Program-made: the position numbers and the translations under genes
Shown: in pieces, positions 11,760 through 22,092 of the stretch
Numbering within the stretch: the stretch's first letter is position 1
Layout of the letters: every line of letters begins with the position of its first letter
Source: Blautia sp.
Lineage (GTDB): Bacteria; Bacillota; Clostridia; Lachnospirales; Lachnospiraceae
Reading direction: 5' to 3'
NCBI GenBank assembly: GCA_034118545.1
Contig: JAXFBD010000069.1
Span: forward strand, 9,948 to 73,947
Length of the DNA: 64,000 bases
Notes under the pieces: model-generated
Seen by the model: the letters and a program-made list of their open reading frames with translations, nothing else
Databases searched by the model: none
What the model was told of the DNA's origin: nothing

Positions 11760-12884
11760 ATGAATAAAAAAGAAATTTCTGAAATCAGGAAACAATTTAC
11801 TCCGGAGCACTGCTCCATAACCCGGATCTGCGGATGTTACGTGGACGGTGAAAAAAACAAAAAAACCGAACTTAAAGAAGCTTTTCTCTCTTTATCCGAA
11901 GAGGAAAACTTTAAATATTTTGAAATTTTTCGCAAAACCCTTTCCGGCACCCTTGGAAAAAATCTTATCAACATGGAATTTCCGCTGGCACAGGAACAGG
12001 AGGGGGGTACTCAGGATTTTCTGATGAAGCTGCGGGCAAGCAAGCTTACAGATGACACTCTTCTGGAAGCTTTTTATGACAGAATCATCGAAAATTACGA
12101 TTACGGTGAAAACTACTATATCATACTGATTCATGCAGTTTACGATATTCCCGGAAAATCCACAGACGGAGCTGAAATGTTTGATGCCTCCGATGAGGTT
12201 TATGACCATATTCTCTGCAGCATCTGTCCTGTGAAGCTTTCCAAAGCAGGTCTCTGCTACAATGCTCAGACCAATCTCATTGAAGACCGTGTCCGTGACT
12301 GGATCGTGGAAATGCCGGATCTTGGATTCCTTTTTCCTGTATTCAACGACCGAAGCACCGATATCCACGGCCTGCTTTATTACACAAAAAATGCTGAAAC
12401 CATGCGCAGCGAATTTATTGATACCTTATTCGGCTGCTGCACACCTCTTTCGGCTGCAGGGCAGAGAGATTCCTTTAATGCTCTCATCGAAGAAACTCTG
12501 GGCGATAACTGCGCCTATGACACAGTTGTAAATATCCATGAAAAGCTGAATGAAATTGTGGAAGCCCAGAAGGATCTGCCGGATCCGGTGGTTCTGACCA
12601 AACCGGAGGTACGCCGCCTTTTTGAGGAATGCGGTGTGGAAGAAGAAAAGCTGGAGACCTTTGATCAGCAGTACGAGGCTGCCGCCGGAGAAAATTCCTC
12701 TCTCATGGCTTCCAATATCACCAATACCCGGAAGTTTGAGATCAAAACACCGGAAGTCGTTGTCCAGGTAGATCCTCTCAGTGCCGATCTGGTGGAAACC
12801 AGAGTCATTGACGGAAGGAAATGTCTGGTGATCCCCATGGAAGGTGAGGTTGTGGTGAATGGGGTCCATATTAATCTGATATGA
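11760..12884 (+). CDS. DUF4317 family protein
   Basis: MNKKEISEIRKQF...SITRICGCYVDGEKNK start typical of this clostridial family; GAGGTG RBS. Confidence 0.8.
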   Translation: MNKKEISEIRKQFTPEHCSITRICGCYVDGEKNKKTELKEAFLSLSEEENFKYFEIFRKTLSGTLGKNLINMEFPLAQEQEGGTQDFLMKLRASKLTDDTLLEAFYDRIIENYDYGENYYIILIHAVYDIPGKSTDGAEMFDASDEVYDHILCSICPVKLSKAGLCYNAQTNLIEDRVRDWIVEMPDLGFLFPVFNDRSTDIHGLLYYTKNAETMRSEFIDTLFGCCTPLSAAGQRDSFNALIEETLGDNCAYDTVVNIHEKLNEIVEAQKDLPDPVVLTKPEVRRLFEECGVEEEKLETFDQQYEAAAGENSSLMASNITNTRKFEIKTPEVVVQVDPLSADLVETRVIDGRKCLVIPMEGEVVVNGVHINLI

Positions 12885-13960
12885 AAATAATTCAAAAAAT
12901 CAAAGCATTTTATTCACAGAAAAACACAGATCCGCCTGTACATTATTTTATCTCCGTTTTACGCTGGGCACACCGGATTATGATTATATATTTTGTCGAT
13001 TATATGGCTCTTGCCTGGCATTTTCAAATGGACAGAGAATTTCACAGGGCAATTCTGTGGATGCTGCTGGCCTTTGCTGCCGTGTTTCTCACACATCACA
13101 TTGCCGCCTCCTTTAACCTGGGAATTTATGCTATTCTGGCGCTGGGCTGGTCAAGCACGTTTGTTTATAATTTCGGATGGGACTGCGGAGGTCAGAACTT
13201 TATCATCCCTCTGATGATTATTGTTTTTTTCTCCATTTACCATTCCGTCCCCCAAAAAGTTTTCTTCATGATTTTGCTTTTTTCCATTCGAATGTATCTG
13301 TTTTATTACAGTCTGAATTATCCGTCACAATATGCTCTGGAATCACGGGTTTCCACTCCTCTGCAGCTTCTGAGCACCACATTTATTTTTCTGCAGATTA
13401 CCGTTGTCTGTCTTCTTTTCAGCAGCAATATCCAGAAAGCAGAAAAACAGCTTACGATCTACAATGAGGAGCTTCGCAGACAGGCATCCACAGATGCCCT
13501 CACAGGACTCTATAACAGACGCTATATGGTGGATATCCTTGAAAAAGAAATTCAGACCCGGCCGTCCGGTGTTTTCAGTGTGGCACTGGGGGATATTGAT
13601 CTTTTCAAAAACATCAACGATACTCTCGGTCATAATTTCGGTGATCAGGTTCTGTTGGAATTATCACGGCTTATTCAGGACACTGTACAGAACAGAGGAA
13701 TTGCCTGCCGGTGGGGCGGAGAAGAGTTTCTTCTTTTTCTGCCAGGTATGAATATCGATGAGGCCAGCAGATTCATCGCAGATTTAAACAGCGCCATCGA
13801 AAAACTGGATATTATTTATAAAGACCAGCGAAGCCATGTTACCATGACCTTTGGAGTGGAGGAATTCTCCCCTGGTTATACCCTGACAGATCTGATTAAA
13901 TATGCCGATGATAAGCTCTATTATGGAAAAAGGCACGGACGAAACCAGGTGGTTTCCTGA
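12881..13960 (+). CDS. Membrane-anchored diguanylate cyclase
   Basis: Several TM helices, then TDALTGLYNRR, DIDLFKNINDTLGH, RWGGEEF; ATGA overlap with the upstream gene. Confidence 0.92.
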   Translation: MKIIQKIKAFYSQKNTDPPVHYFISVLRWAHRIMIIYFVDYMALAWHFQMDREFHRAILWMLLAFAAVFLTHHIAASFNLGIYAILALGWSSTFVYNFGWDCGGQNFIIPLMIIVFFSIYHSVPQKVFFMILLFSIRMYLFYYSLNYPSQYALESRVSTPLQLLSTTFIFLQITVVCLLFSSNIQKAEKQLTIYNEELRRQASTDALTGLYNRRYMVDILEKEIQTRPSGVFSVALGDIDLFKNINDTLGHNFGDQVLLELSRLIQDTVQNRGIACRWGGEEFLLFLPGMNIDEASRFIADLNSAIEKLDIIYKDQRSHVTMTFGVEEFSPGYTLTDLIKYADDKLYYGKRHGRNQVVS

Positions 13961-13992
13961 GGAACAACATTTCAGAAAGGGATCTGAAAAAT

Positions 13993-14033
13993 AAAAAAGC
14001 ACTGCTCTGCGGATATTCCCCGCATTGCAGTGC
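13993..14033 (-). terminator. Intrinsic terminator between convergent genes
   Basis: GCACTGC...GCAGTGC stem followed by U6 on the minus strand. Confidence 0.7.
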
Positions 14034-14047
14034 CCTGTCTCTTCATT

Positions 14048-15346
14048 TCATTTTTCTTCTGTTTCTTCTACAGCTTCGCCTTCATCTTCTGACACCGGCT
14101 CTTCCAGTTCTTCTGCATCTGCAGATTCATCTTCTGACATAACGTCTTCCGCATCTTCAGCTTCAATTTCCTCGATGCCGTAATCTTCAAGCTCTTCTGC
14201 GTCCGCATTATCCAGATCTATGATTTCTTCATCTGATTCCTCATCAATGACCTCTTCGGAGGAAGCTTCATCATCAGATGCCTCTTCTGTCTCGTCTGCG
14301 CTGTACTGGATGGTATATTTATGCTTATCTGTAATCTTCAGGTTCTTTAATACCTTTTCATCTACTGTGATTTCAGCTTCTTCCATCCACTCATCCACTT
14401 TGCCGTTATAGTATTCGCTTTCTTTTTCGCTCTTTAAAGATTCCTTCTTGGAAGCTGTGGCCTCTTCATCATTCTCTGTATCAAAACGTACAATATAAAT
14501 ACTGCCCTCTGTTTCGATCAGCTCATCTGCCACCTGTCCTTCCTCAAGACTTCTGAGCACTTCAATAACCTCATCCGGATATGCGCTGCTGTTTTCTTCC
14601 TCATCCTCAGATACATTAGCATCAAAGGTACCGGAAAGGGCAGAATATGTTTCGTCAAATTCCTTGGCGATCTCATCCATATCTGCAGAAGGATCCTCTT
14701 TTATCTTATCAAGAATCTCCTGTGCCTGCTCTTTTTTGGCAGCGACATCATCCTCTGACAGTTCCTCATCATCTGTTGAGATACTGATATAAGTAAATCC
14801 TGACTGCTGTGCCTCTTCGTCCGTAACTTCCACATTTGCCTCTTCATACAGCGCATCTGTCATCTTTGACTGATAAGTCATCAGCTCCAGATATGTCTTA
14901 ACATCATCCTCTGTTACTGCAAGATCCGCAATGGCTTCTTCAGTATTTGCCTCCATGAAAGAAGCAGCTGCCTCTGCAATGGCATTCTCTTCCTCTTCTG
15001 TCAGTTCAACCTGGTAATCTGCCGCCTTCTGGCGAAGCAGCTCCTCGCGTTCCAGATTCTCCACAATCTGTGTAACCGTCTGGTCACCATAGGACTCCTC
15101 TCCTTCTTCTGCAGCATCATCCCAGATATTAGTCGCGGAACCAAAATAACTTAAATACATGGCCTCAATCTGTGCCTGCTGATAACGGGCAGCAAGACTT
15201 ACTGTACCCATTTTGATCTCTGTTCCGTTTACCGTTGCCACAGTGGCACTTCCGTCTAATTTCTTTTCTCCACAGCCGGTAAGCAAAGATGCGGCCATCA
15301 CACCTGCCATTGCTGCCACTGCTGTTCTTTTTACTGTTTTCTTCAT
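14048..15346 (-). CDS. PrsA/SurA-like foldase lipoprotein with acidic tail
   Basis: Lipobox LLTGC, ATVNG, parvulin-like EILDKIKEDPSADMDEIAKEF; downstream of mfd as in pth-mfd-prsA clusters; GGAGG RBS before ATG 15346. Confidence 0.75.
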   Translation of the reverse strand: MKKTVKRTAVAAMAGVMAASLLTGCGEKKLDGSATVATVNGTEIKMGTVSLAARYQQAQIEAMYLSYFGSATNIWDDAAEEGEESYGDQTVTQIVENLEREELLRQKAADYQVELTEEEENAIAEAAASFMEANTEEAIADLAVTEDDVKTYLELMTYQSKMTDALYEEANVEVTDEEAQQSGFTYISISTDDEELSEDDVAAKKEQAQEILDKIKEDPSADMDEIAKEFDETYSALSGTFDANVSEDEEENSSAYPDEVIEVLRSLEEGQVADELIETEGSIYIVRFDTENDEEATASKKESLKSEKESEYYNGKVDEWMEEAEITVDEKVLKNLKITDKHKYTIQYSADETEEASDDEASSEEVIDEESDEEIIDLDNADAEELEDYGIEEIEAEDAEDVMSEDESADAEELEEPVSEDEGEAVEETEEK

Positions 15347-15447
15347 CTCTTCCTCCATATGTTACCCAAATATACTAAGAGTATAAACTCTTTTTATCCA
15401 TTGGGCAAGATAATTCAAAAAATTCAGATATTTTTCACACTTCCATG

Positions 15448-18400
15448 CTACTCCTCCACAAGGCGCCCCAGTTCTTCTACAAATTCTGTCAGGGCGAAAA
15501 TCACATCTCCCTGGGGAGTAAAAAGAAATTTGGGCTCCTGCTCAGCCTTGAACTGAAGACCTCTCCTGTATTTCTGCAGAAGCTGCGGGATTCCCGCCGG
15601 ATTCAGCTTTGCCTTTTCATAGAGGGTCAGGCGGATTTCTTTTCCTGTCTGCTTGATTTCTGTCACATATGCCTGATGGGCAGCCGCTTTCAGCCGGGCA
15701 ATGGCCAGAAGATTAAGTACTGCCTTGGGAGGCTCGCCAAACCGGTCAAGAAGCTCCTCCAGCATATCATCGTATTCTGTCTGGTTTTCAATCACCGCAA
15801 TCCGTTTATAAATATCCAGCTTCTGGAATTCATTGCCGATATACGTATCCGGAATAAAGGCATCCAGATACAGATCAATAGTAGTATCAAAGTCATCCAT
15901 GGTCTGGATTCCTTTTTCCTCTTTGACCGCCTCACTGAGCATTTTACAGTAAAGGTCATATCCCACTGCATTCATATGTCCGTGCTGCTGAGCTCCCAGA
16001 AGATTTCCGGCGCCGCGAAGTTCCAAATCTCTCATGGCAATCTTAAAGCCGCTCCCAAGATCCGTATACTCCCGGATGGCAGCCAGACGTTTTTCTGCTG
16101 TTTCCTTCAGCATCTGATTGGTCCGGTACATCAAAAATGCATAGGCAGTCCTGTTTGACCGTCCGATACGGCCTCTGAGCTGATACAGCTGTGAAAGTCC
16201 GTAACGGTCCGAATCATGAATGATCATTGTATTTACGTTGGAAATATCAAGTCCCGTCTCAATGATAGTTGTGGATACCAGAACATCAATCTCCCCGTTA
16301 ATAAACTGGTACATCACCTGCTCCAGTTCCCGCTCGCTCATCTGCCCGTGGGCAAAGTCCACTCTGGCATCGGGCAGAAGCTTTGAAATTCTAAGTGCCA
16401 TCTCTGCAATATCATTCACACGGTTATATACGTAATAAACCTGTCCGCCTCTTCGTAATTCTCTGCTAATGGCTTCCCGGACGGTTTCCTCATCATATTC
16501 CATTACATACGTCTGAATAGGCATCCTGTCAATGGGAGGCTCCTCCAGAACACTCATATCCCGGATTCCGATCAGGCTCATGTGCAGCGTTCTCGGAATC
16601 GGCGTCGCCGTCAGCGTAAGCACATCCACGTCTTTTTTAAGCTGCTTGATTTTCTCTTTATGAGTCACTCCAAACCGCTGCTCCTCATCTATGATCAGCA
16701 GGCCCAGATTTTTAAATTCCACATCCTTCGAAAGAACTCTGTGGGTTCCGATAACGATATCCACCTGACCTTTTTTCAGATCTTCAATGGTCTTTTTCTG
16801 CTGGGCAGCTGTACGGAAACGGCACAGCAGATCCACCCGGACCGGAAACTCCTTCATTCGCTGCACGAAAGTGTTATAATGCTGCTGCGCAAGAATAGTA
16901 GTGGGAACAAGATATACCACCTGTCTGCTTTCCTGTACGGCCTTAAATGCCGCTCTGAGAGCAATTTCTGTTTTTCCGTATCCCACGTCTCCACACACGA
17001 GACGATCCATGATCTTACTGCTCTCCATGTCCCGTTTCGTATCTTCAATGGCCGCAAGCTGATCTTCCGTTTCCTCATAGGGAAACATCTCTTCAAACTC
17101 TTTCTGCCAGACTGTATCCGGTCCGCAGACATAGCCCTCCTTTTCCTGGCGGATAGCATAAAGCTCCACCAGCTCTTTTGCGATATTTTTGACGGCACCC
17201 CGAACCTTTGTCTTTGTTCTGTTCCATTCCTGGGTCCCCAGTTTATTCAGTTTAGGTGTTTTTGCCGTATCGGAGCCTGCATATTTCTGCAGCGCATCCA
17301 GCTGAGTTGCCAGTATATAAAGATTGCTTCCGCCGCTGTATTCTATTTTAATATAATCCTTTGCCACCTTGTCTACGGAAACCTTTTCAATCCCTTTGTA
17401 GATTCCCAGGCCATGCTTTTCATGAACCACATAATCACCAATGGACAATTCCGAAAAGTCCTGGATTCGTTTTCCGTTATATTTTTTCTTTGGCTTCTTT
17501 TTTTTCTGCTCCTGGCCAAAAATATCCGTCTCTGTGATAATTGCAAATTTTACCATGGGATACTCAAAGCCCTTACGGGCATGACCATACCCCACCATAA
17601 TCTCTCCGGGCTGCAGCACCCGGTCGTAATCCTGCCCGTAAAACGCGCTGAGCCCTTCCGCCTGCAGATCCCCGGCAAGACGCTGTGCTCTCGTTCTTGA
17701 ACCGGAAAGAAGTACGATCCGGTATCCCTGTTTTTTGAACCGGCTGAGATCCTTTAAAAGAAGCTCAAAATTACTGTTATAGGGACTGACAGATTTTACC
17801 GTCAGATTAAATTTCTCCGTGATTTTCCATCCGGACTGCCTGGGCTCCAATGCACAGAGAGCAAAACAATTATAATGATTCAGCTTTTTCTGGAGCACAG
17901 CATATTCGCAAAGCCACTGATCAGGAAGATTTTTTTCACCCTTTTCTTCCCGATGCATCCGGCTGATGCGAAATTCCTCTTCCACTGCCAGCCCCTTTTC
18001 TGTCAGACGATTAGGTTCATCCAGAAAAACAGCCGTGATCTTTTCCGGAAAATAATCCAGCAGAGAAACCATCTTTTCTCCGTCCTGCTTTTCTACGGCC
18101 GGATAGATATAAATTTCATCCAGATTTTCCAGAGAACGCTGACTTTCCGCATCAAAGCTTCGGATGGAATCAATTTCATCCCCCCAGAGCTCAATTCTCC
18201 AGGGATTGTCTTCAGTAAGGGGATAAATGTCCACAATACCGCCTCTGACAGAAAACTGTCCCGGCAGCTCCACCTGCCCCACACGTTCATATCCCAGATC
18301 CACCAGATCCGCCTTCAGTTTATCCAGATTTATCTCACTGTCGTTTTTAAAATGCTTCACACGGCGGGAAATACCTGACAGCGGCATCAGATAATCCATA

Positions 18401-18765
18401 CATCCGTCCACGCTGGTGACTACGGTAACCTCGTCCTGTTCCAAAAGAGCCTTTACCACGCGCATCCTCTGCCGTATCAGCAGATTTCCATGGATATCCG
18501 CCTGAAAAAACAGCAGGTCTTTCGCCGGATAATACAATATTTTATTGTCGTAAAACCGGTAATCCTCGTAGATTTCCTTCGCCCGCCGCTCATCCTCTGC
18601 CAAAATCAGGCGACAAGGAAAAAGCCCGGAAAGCCCATACATCAGATGGGCCTTCTGGGACTCGATACAACCGGAAATCTGAAGAATCCCCTGATTTGTT
18701 TTGCTGCGTTTTATTATCTCCTCATACTCTGCAAATTCCTGCAAAGGCTGCAAAAAAGTTTTCAT
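15448..18765 (-). CDS. mfd: Transcription-repair coupling factor
   Basis: CarD-like [49 protein letters not shown]. Confidence 0.97.
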   Translation of the reverse strand: MKTFLQPLQEFAEYEEIIKRSKTNQGILQISGCIESQKAHLMYGLSGLFPCRLILAEDERRAKEIYEDYRFYDNKILYYPAKDLLFFQADIHGNLLIRQRMRVVKALLEQDEVTVVTSVDGCMDYLMPLSGISRRVKHFKNDSEINLDKLKADLVDLGYERVGQVELPGQFSVRGGIVDIYPLTEDNPWRIELWGDEIDSIRSFDAESQRSLENLDEIYIYPAVEKQDGEKMVSLLDYFPEKITAVFLDEPNRLTEKGLAVEEEFRISRMHREEKGEKNLPDQWLCEYAVLQKKLNHYNCFALCALEPRQSGWKITEKFNLTVKSVSPYNSNFELLLKDLSRFKKQGYRIVLLSGSRTRAQRLAGDLQAEGLSAFYGQDYDRVLQPGEIMVGYGHARKGFEYPMVKFAIITETDIFGQEQKKKKPKKKYNGKRIQDFSELSIGDYVVHEKHGLGIYKGIEKVSVDKVAKDYIKIEYSGGSNLYILATQLDALQKYAGSDTAKTPKLNKLGTQEWNRTKTKVRGAVKNIAKELVELYAIRQEKEGYVCGPDTVWQKEFEEMFPYEETEDQLAAIEDTKRDMESSKIMDRLVCGDVGYGKTEIALRAAFKAVQESRQVVYLVPTTILAQQHYNTFVQRMKEFPVRVDLLCRFRTAAQQKKTIEDLKKGQVDIVIGTHRVLSKDVEFKNLGLLIIDEEQRFGVTHKEKIKQLKKDVDVLTLTATPIPRTLHMSLIGIRDMSVLEEPPIDRMPIQTYVMEYDEETVREAISRELRRGGQVYYVYNRVNDIAEMALRISKLLPDARVDFAHGQMSERELEQVMYQFINGEIDVLVSTTIIETGLDISNVNTMIIHDSDRYGLSQLYQLRGRIGRSNRTAYAFLMYRTNQMLKETAEKRLAAIREYTDLGSGFKIAMRDLELRGAGNLLGAQQHGHMNAVGYDLYCKMLSEAVKEEKGIQTMDDFDTTIDLYLDAFIPDTYIGNEFQKLDIYKRIAVIENQTEYDDMLEELLDRFGEPPKAVLNLLAIARLKAAAHQAYVTEIKQTGKEIRLTLYEKAKLNPAGIPQLLQKYRRGLQFKAEQEPKFLFTPQGDVIFALTEFVEELGRLVEE

Positions 18766-18790
18766 AGGAACTCCTGTTCTTCCAAACTGC

Positions 18791-19378
18791 TTATTGTTCT
18801 GTTTCCTTCGCCGGCTTCCTGTTATATAAATTCATTGCCGCATCTGCCCCCCGGGAAATCATGATTTCCACTGCATCTGCAGCTTTTTCTATGGACTCAT
18901 CCACCAGCTTCCGGTCCTGGTCCGTAAAACGGCTCAAAACATGGTCTGCCAGATCCCAGCCCTTTGGCTTGGCACCGACTCCCACTTTTATCCGAAGGAA
19001 CTTATCAGTTCCCAGCTTTCGGATTATATCCTTCATCCCGTTATGGCCTCCGGCACTTCCCTGCTTGCGGATCCGAAGCTGTCCCGGCTCCAGATCAATA
19101 TCATCATATATCACGATCAGTTCTGTTTCCGGATCGACTTTAAAGTAATTGGCCATCTCCTGTATGGGACCACCGCTTAAGTTCATAAAAGATAATGGTT
19201 TCATCAGAATTACCTTTTCGCCGCCAATGATCCCCTTACCGAACATGGCATTAAATTTCACACCGCTCTGGGCAATATGATGCTTCTCGATCAGACAGTC
19301 CAGAACATCAAAGCCCATATTATGGCGTGTTGCCTCATACTGCCTGCCCGGGTTTCCCAATCCTGCTATTAAATACAT
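18791..19378 (-). CDS. pth: Peptidyl-tRNA hydrolase
   Basis: AGLGNPG, TRHNMGF, FMNLSG, GSAGGHNG. Confidence 0.97.
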   Translation of the reverse strand: MYLIAGLGNPGRQYEATRHNMGFDVLDCLIEKHHIAQSGVKFNAMFGKGIIGGEKVILMKPLSFMNLSGGPIQEMANYFKVDPETELIVIYDDIDLEPGQLRIRKQGSAGGHNGMKDIIRKLGTDKFLRIKVGVGAKPKGWDLADHVLSRFTDQDRKLVDESIEKAADAVEIMISRGADAAMNLYNRKPAKETEQ

Positions 19379-19387
19379 ATGCTCTCC

Positions 19388-20338
19388 TTAATTAAAATAA
19401 ACCATTTCCTCCTCCAGAGGCTCGCAGGGGGTTACCTCATCCGCATACAGAACAATTCCCTCCCCCTGGTATTCCATTCTTTTTTCAAAAGCAACCTTTG
19501 CGGTGATTTCCACCCACTGACCTTCCTTCAACTTGGGGGCAAAAGCACTTTTGCAGACATAACCCAGAAAAGTAGTATCATCGGCACAGCATGTCATAGC
19601 CACTCGCCCCGGAACAAAAAACTTGCTTCCCATGCCGCGCGGCTTCAGTACACGTCCTTTAAACCGGACAGTTTTATTCACATAGGTATCCGGGTTGTCC
19701 ATGGAATCCACAAACCAGATTCCATAATCCTCCGGCAAAATATCAATTATGGGGGCATTTACATCGAAAGGCATCTCATCCTGGAAAATATCGTCCATCT
19801 CGCCGCCTTCCCCTTCAAACACTATTTCTGCCCGCTGGTTTGCCACCTTAATTCCACGACGGTAAGAGGGCAGCGGATCCTCTTTTTTGCACCGGTTAAA
19901 AAGAACCATATCCGTGTCACGAACCATGTCCATAAAAAGAGATTTCATATTTGCCATATATGTCTGGAAAGTACTTCCATCCACACAGGTAATCATCTGC
20001 TCAATTCCCCAGCCTTCCGGTTTCTTCATTTCCTCAAATTTACTGGTAAGCCACATGCCATTATATTCAACAACCACTCTTTCCGGCTGATGAATGATTT
20101 CCATGGCATTCAGGCGCTCATAGGTGAGATCCTCCTCTTTTTCAATTACCTCAACTACAATCCCGTAATCCTCCAGCATCTGCGGGCTGTATTCTTCCTC
20201 TCCCTCTTCGCAGAGGATCAGAAGAGTCTTTCCCTCTATCTGAAAATAATCCTGGCTGAGCGTAAAGCTGAGAAAAGTCGTTTTTCCGCTTTCCAGAAAG
20301 CCGTTAACGAGATAAATCGGAACAGTATATTCATCCAT
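19388..20338 (-). CDS. CobW-associated GTPase-like protein with C-terminal CCADD domain
   Basis: NGFLESGKTT, EYNG, C-terminal GRVAMTCCADD. Confidence 0.75.
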   Translation of the reverse strand: MDEYTVPIYLVNGFLESGKTTFLSFTLSQDYFQIEGKTLLILCEEGEEEYSPQMLEDYGIVVEVIEKEEDLTYERLNAMEIIHQPERVVVEYNGMWLTSKFEEMKKPEGWGIEQMITCVDGSTFQTYMANMKSLFMDMVRDTDMVLFNRCKKEDPLPSYRRGIKVANQRAEIVFEGEGGEMDDIFQDEMPFDVNAPIIDILPEDYGIWFVDSMDNPDTYVNKTVRFKGRVLKPRGMGSKFFVPGRVAMTCCADDTTFLGYVCKSAFAPKLKEGQWVEITAKVAFEKRMEYQGEGIVLYADEVTPCEPLEEEMVYFN

Positions 20339-20359
20339 ATTCTTAACTCCTCCCGCACA

Positions 20360-21517
20360 TTAAGCAAGACCAAACAGCTCTTCCAGTTTGCTTTCATTCA
20401 TTTTGGATCCAATCACGCACAGACGGCCTGTATACTCCGGTGCCCCTTCACGAATCTCTGTTTCTTCCGGAACCATGTCAAAATAAATCCAGGTTCCGTC
20501 CTCCGCCGGAAGCATTCCTTTTGCACGAAGGATCGTTCCGTAATCCTCTGATTCTGAAAGAGTTTCCAGTATTTTTTCAATATCTTCCTTCTTATATTTT
20601 TTAACAGTTTCACGGCCCCAGCTTGTAAACACCTCATCTGCATGATGATGGTGGTGGTCATGCTCATGATGGTCATGGCCGCATCCGCATTCATGGTCAT
20701 GATCGTGGTCGTGATGATGATGCTCATGCTCGTGATCGTGGCCGCATCCGCATTCATGGTCATGTTCATGCTCATGATGATGGTGCTCATACTCGTGATC
20801 GTGGCCGCATTCGCATTCATGGTCATGTTCATGCTCATGATGATGGTGCTCATGTCCGTGGTCGTGAACATGTCCACATTCCGGGCATACTGCCTCTTCC
20901 ATCATTTCCTCTTCCAGAGAAACCGGGTGCTCCATTACTTCCACCAGTTTTTTGCCGTCCAGCTTTTCAACAGGTGTGGTAATAATCGCTGCTTTTCCAT
21001 TAATGGTACGCAGCAGCTTCATTGCTTCTGCCGCTTTTTTCTCGTCTACAATGTCAGTACGGCTCATGATAATGGCTCCCGCATACTCCACCTGATTATT
21101 AAAGAACTCACCAAAATTTCTCATATACATACGGCATTTTTTTGCATCCACAACCGTAGTATAGCTGTTTAATTTAATATCCACTTCATCCTGTACACCC
21201 TGTACTGCCTTAATTACATCAGAAAGCTTACCCACACCTGACGGCTCAATAAGAATTCTGTCCGGATTATATTTGGATACCACTTCTTTTAATGATGTTC
21301 CGAAATCTCCCACCAGAGAACAGCAGATACATCCTGAATTCATTTCACGTATTTCAATGCCGGCTTCCTTCAGAAAACCACCGTCAATCCCGATTTCACC
21401 GAATTCATTCTCAATGAGTACCACCTGTTCATCCTGAAACGCTTCCTTTAAAAGCTTTTTGATCAGTGTTGTCTTTCCGGCACCAAGAAATCCTGAGATA
21501 ATATCAATTTTAACCAT
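20360..21517 (-). CDS. COG0523/CobW family metallochaperone GTPase
   Basis: GFLGAGKTT, IENEFG, GCICC, IEPSG, His-rich linker, CobW C-domain. Confidence 0.93.
   Translation of the reverse strand: MVKIDIISGFLGAGKTTLIKKLLKEAFQDEQVVLIENEFGEIGIDGGFLKEAGIEIREMNSGCICCSLVGDFGTSLKEVVSKYNPDRILIEPSGVGKLSDVIKAVQGVQDEVDIKLNSYTTVVDAKKCRMYMRNFGEFFNNQVEYAGAIIMSRTDIVDEKKAAEAMKLLRTINGKAAIITTPVEKLDGKKLVEVMEHPVSLEEEMMEEAVCPECGHVHDHGHEHHHHEHEHDHECECGHDHEYEHHHHEHEHDHECGCGHDHEHEHHHHDHDHDHECGCGHDHHEHDHHHHHADEVFTSWGRETVKKYKKEDIEKILETLSESEDYGTILRAKGMLPAEDGTWIYFDMVPEETEIREGAPEYTGRLCVIGSKMNESKLEELFGLA
20641..20870 (-). repeat. Intragenic tandem repeat, three 63-nt units encoding His-rich/CxC modules
   Basis: GGCCGCAT(C/T)CGCATTCATGGTCATG at 20677, 20740 and 20803. 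Confidence 0.9.
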
Positions 21518-21624
21518 TTTTACATATCCTTTCTATCATAACGTAGTTTGACCAGGAAGCCTTAATACCCCCTGGTTTTATATATTATTATGATTCATTT
21601 TTAACATTTTATTATATCAGAACA

Positions 21625-21672
21625 GGGGCTGTCACATAATCAAACACAAATGTTTAAAGATGTGACAGCCCC
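21625..21672. repeat. Palindromic element / terminator after the small HPr-like gene
   Basis: GGGGCTGTCACAT...ATGTGACAGCCCC, 13-bp perfect inverted repeat. Confidence 0.75.
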
Positions 21673-21691
21673 AATCCCAAATGATCCTTAA

Positions 21692-21925
21692 TTAGCCCTG
21701 GATCATGAAGTTCATTAATTTATCAATGTCTTCTTTCTCGTATGCAACGATTTCCAGCTCCGGAATTTCTCCGCCGGAGAAAATGTTTGCCAGAGATACA
21801 TACTGGGATAATTTGGATTTCAGATTCAGTCTGTCACCCTCACCTGTTACCAGCTCTACTTTACCTGTACAGCTGTCAACTACTTCAAAAAATTTCTGGA
21901 CATCTTTAATATTAGATACTTTCAT
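21692..21925 (-). CDS. Small HPr-fold-like protein lacking the His15 motif
   Basis: RLNLKS resembles the HPr Ser46 motif; AAAGGAG RBS; own promoter. Confidence 0.7.
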   Translation of the reverse strand: MKVSNIKDVQKFFEVVDSCTGKVELVTGEGDRLNLKSKLSQYVSLANIFSGGEIPELEIVAYEKEDIDKLMNFMIQG

Positions 21926-21983
21926 GTTAATTCTCCTTTCAACATGTTCGTTATAAATATATCAACTTCCTGATTACGCGCTC

Positions 21984-22012
21984 ATTATATATCAGCCATT
22001 TACAAAATGCAA
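21984..22012 (-). promoter_or_regulatory. Putative sigmaA promoter for the HPr-like gene
   Basis: TTGCAT-N17-TATAAT on the minus strand. Confidence 0.6.
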
Positions 22013-22092
22013 CCCGTATTTTGCCAAAAATAATACCTGTATTTTCGGCAAATTCATCATCATACATAAGTATTTCAGGAAAAACGCCTGTA

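Noticed and set aside
15445-20551. Plus-strand ORFs 15445..16158, 16582..17700 and 19379..20551
   Set aside because: Antisense shadows of mfd and the GTPase genes.
20413-21172. Met-rich ORFs 20642..21172 (+) and 20413..20877 (-); repeat resembling a CRISPR array
   Set aside because: By-products of the CAT/CAC His-codon repeat; units are in-frame tandem copies without unique spacers, and no cas genes are present.
21570-21605. Possible Zur box upstream of the CobW gene
   Set aside because: Only one half resembles TAAATCGTAAT; no dyad symmetry.
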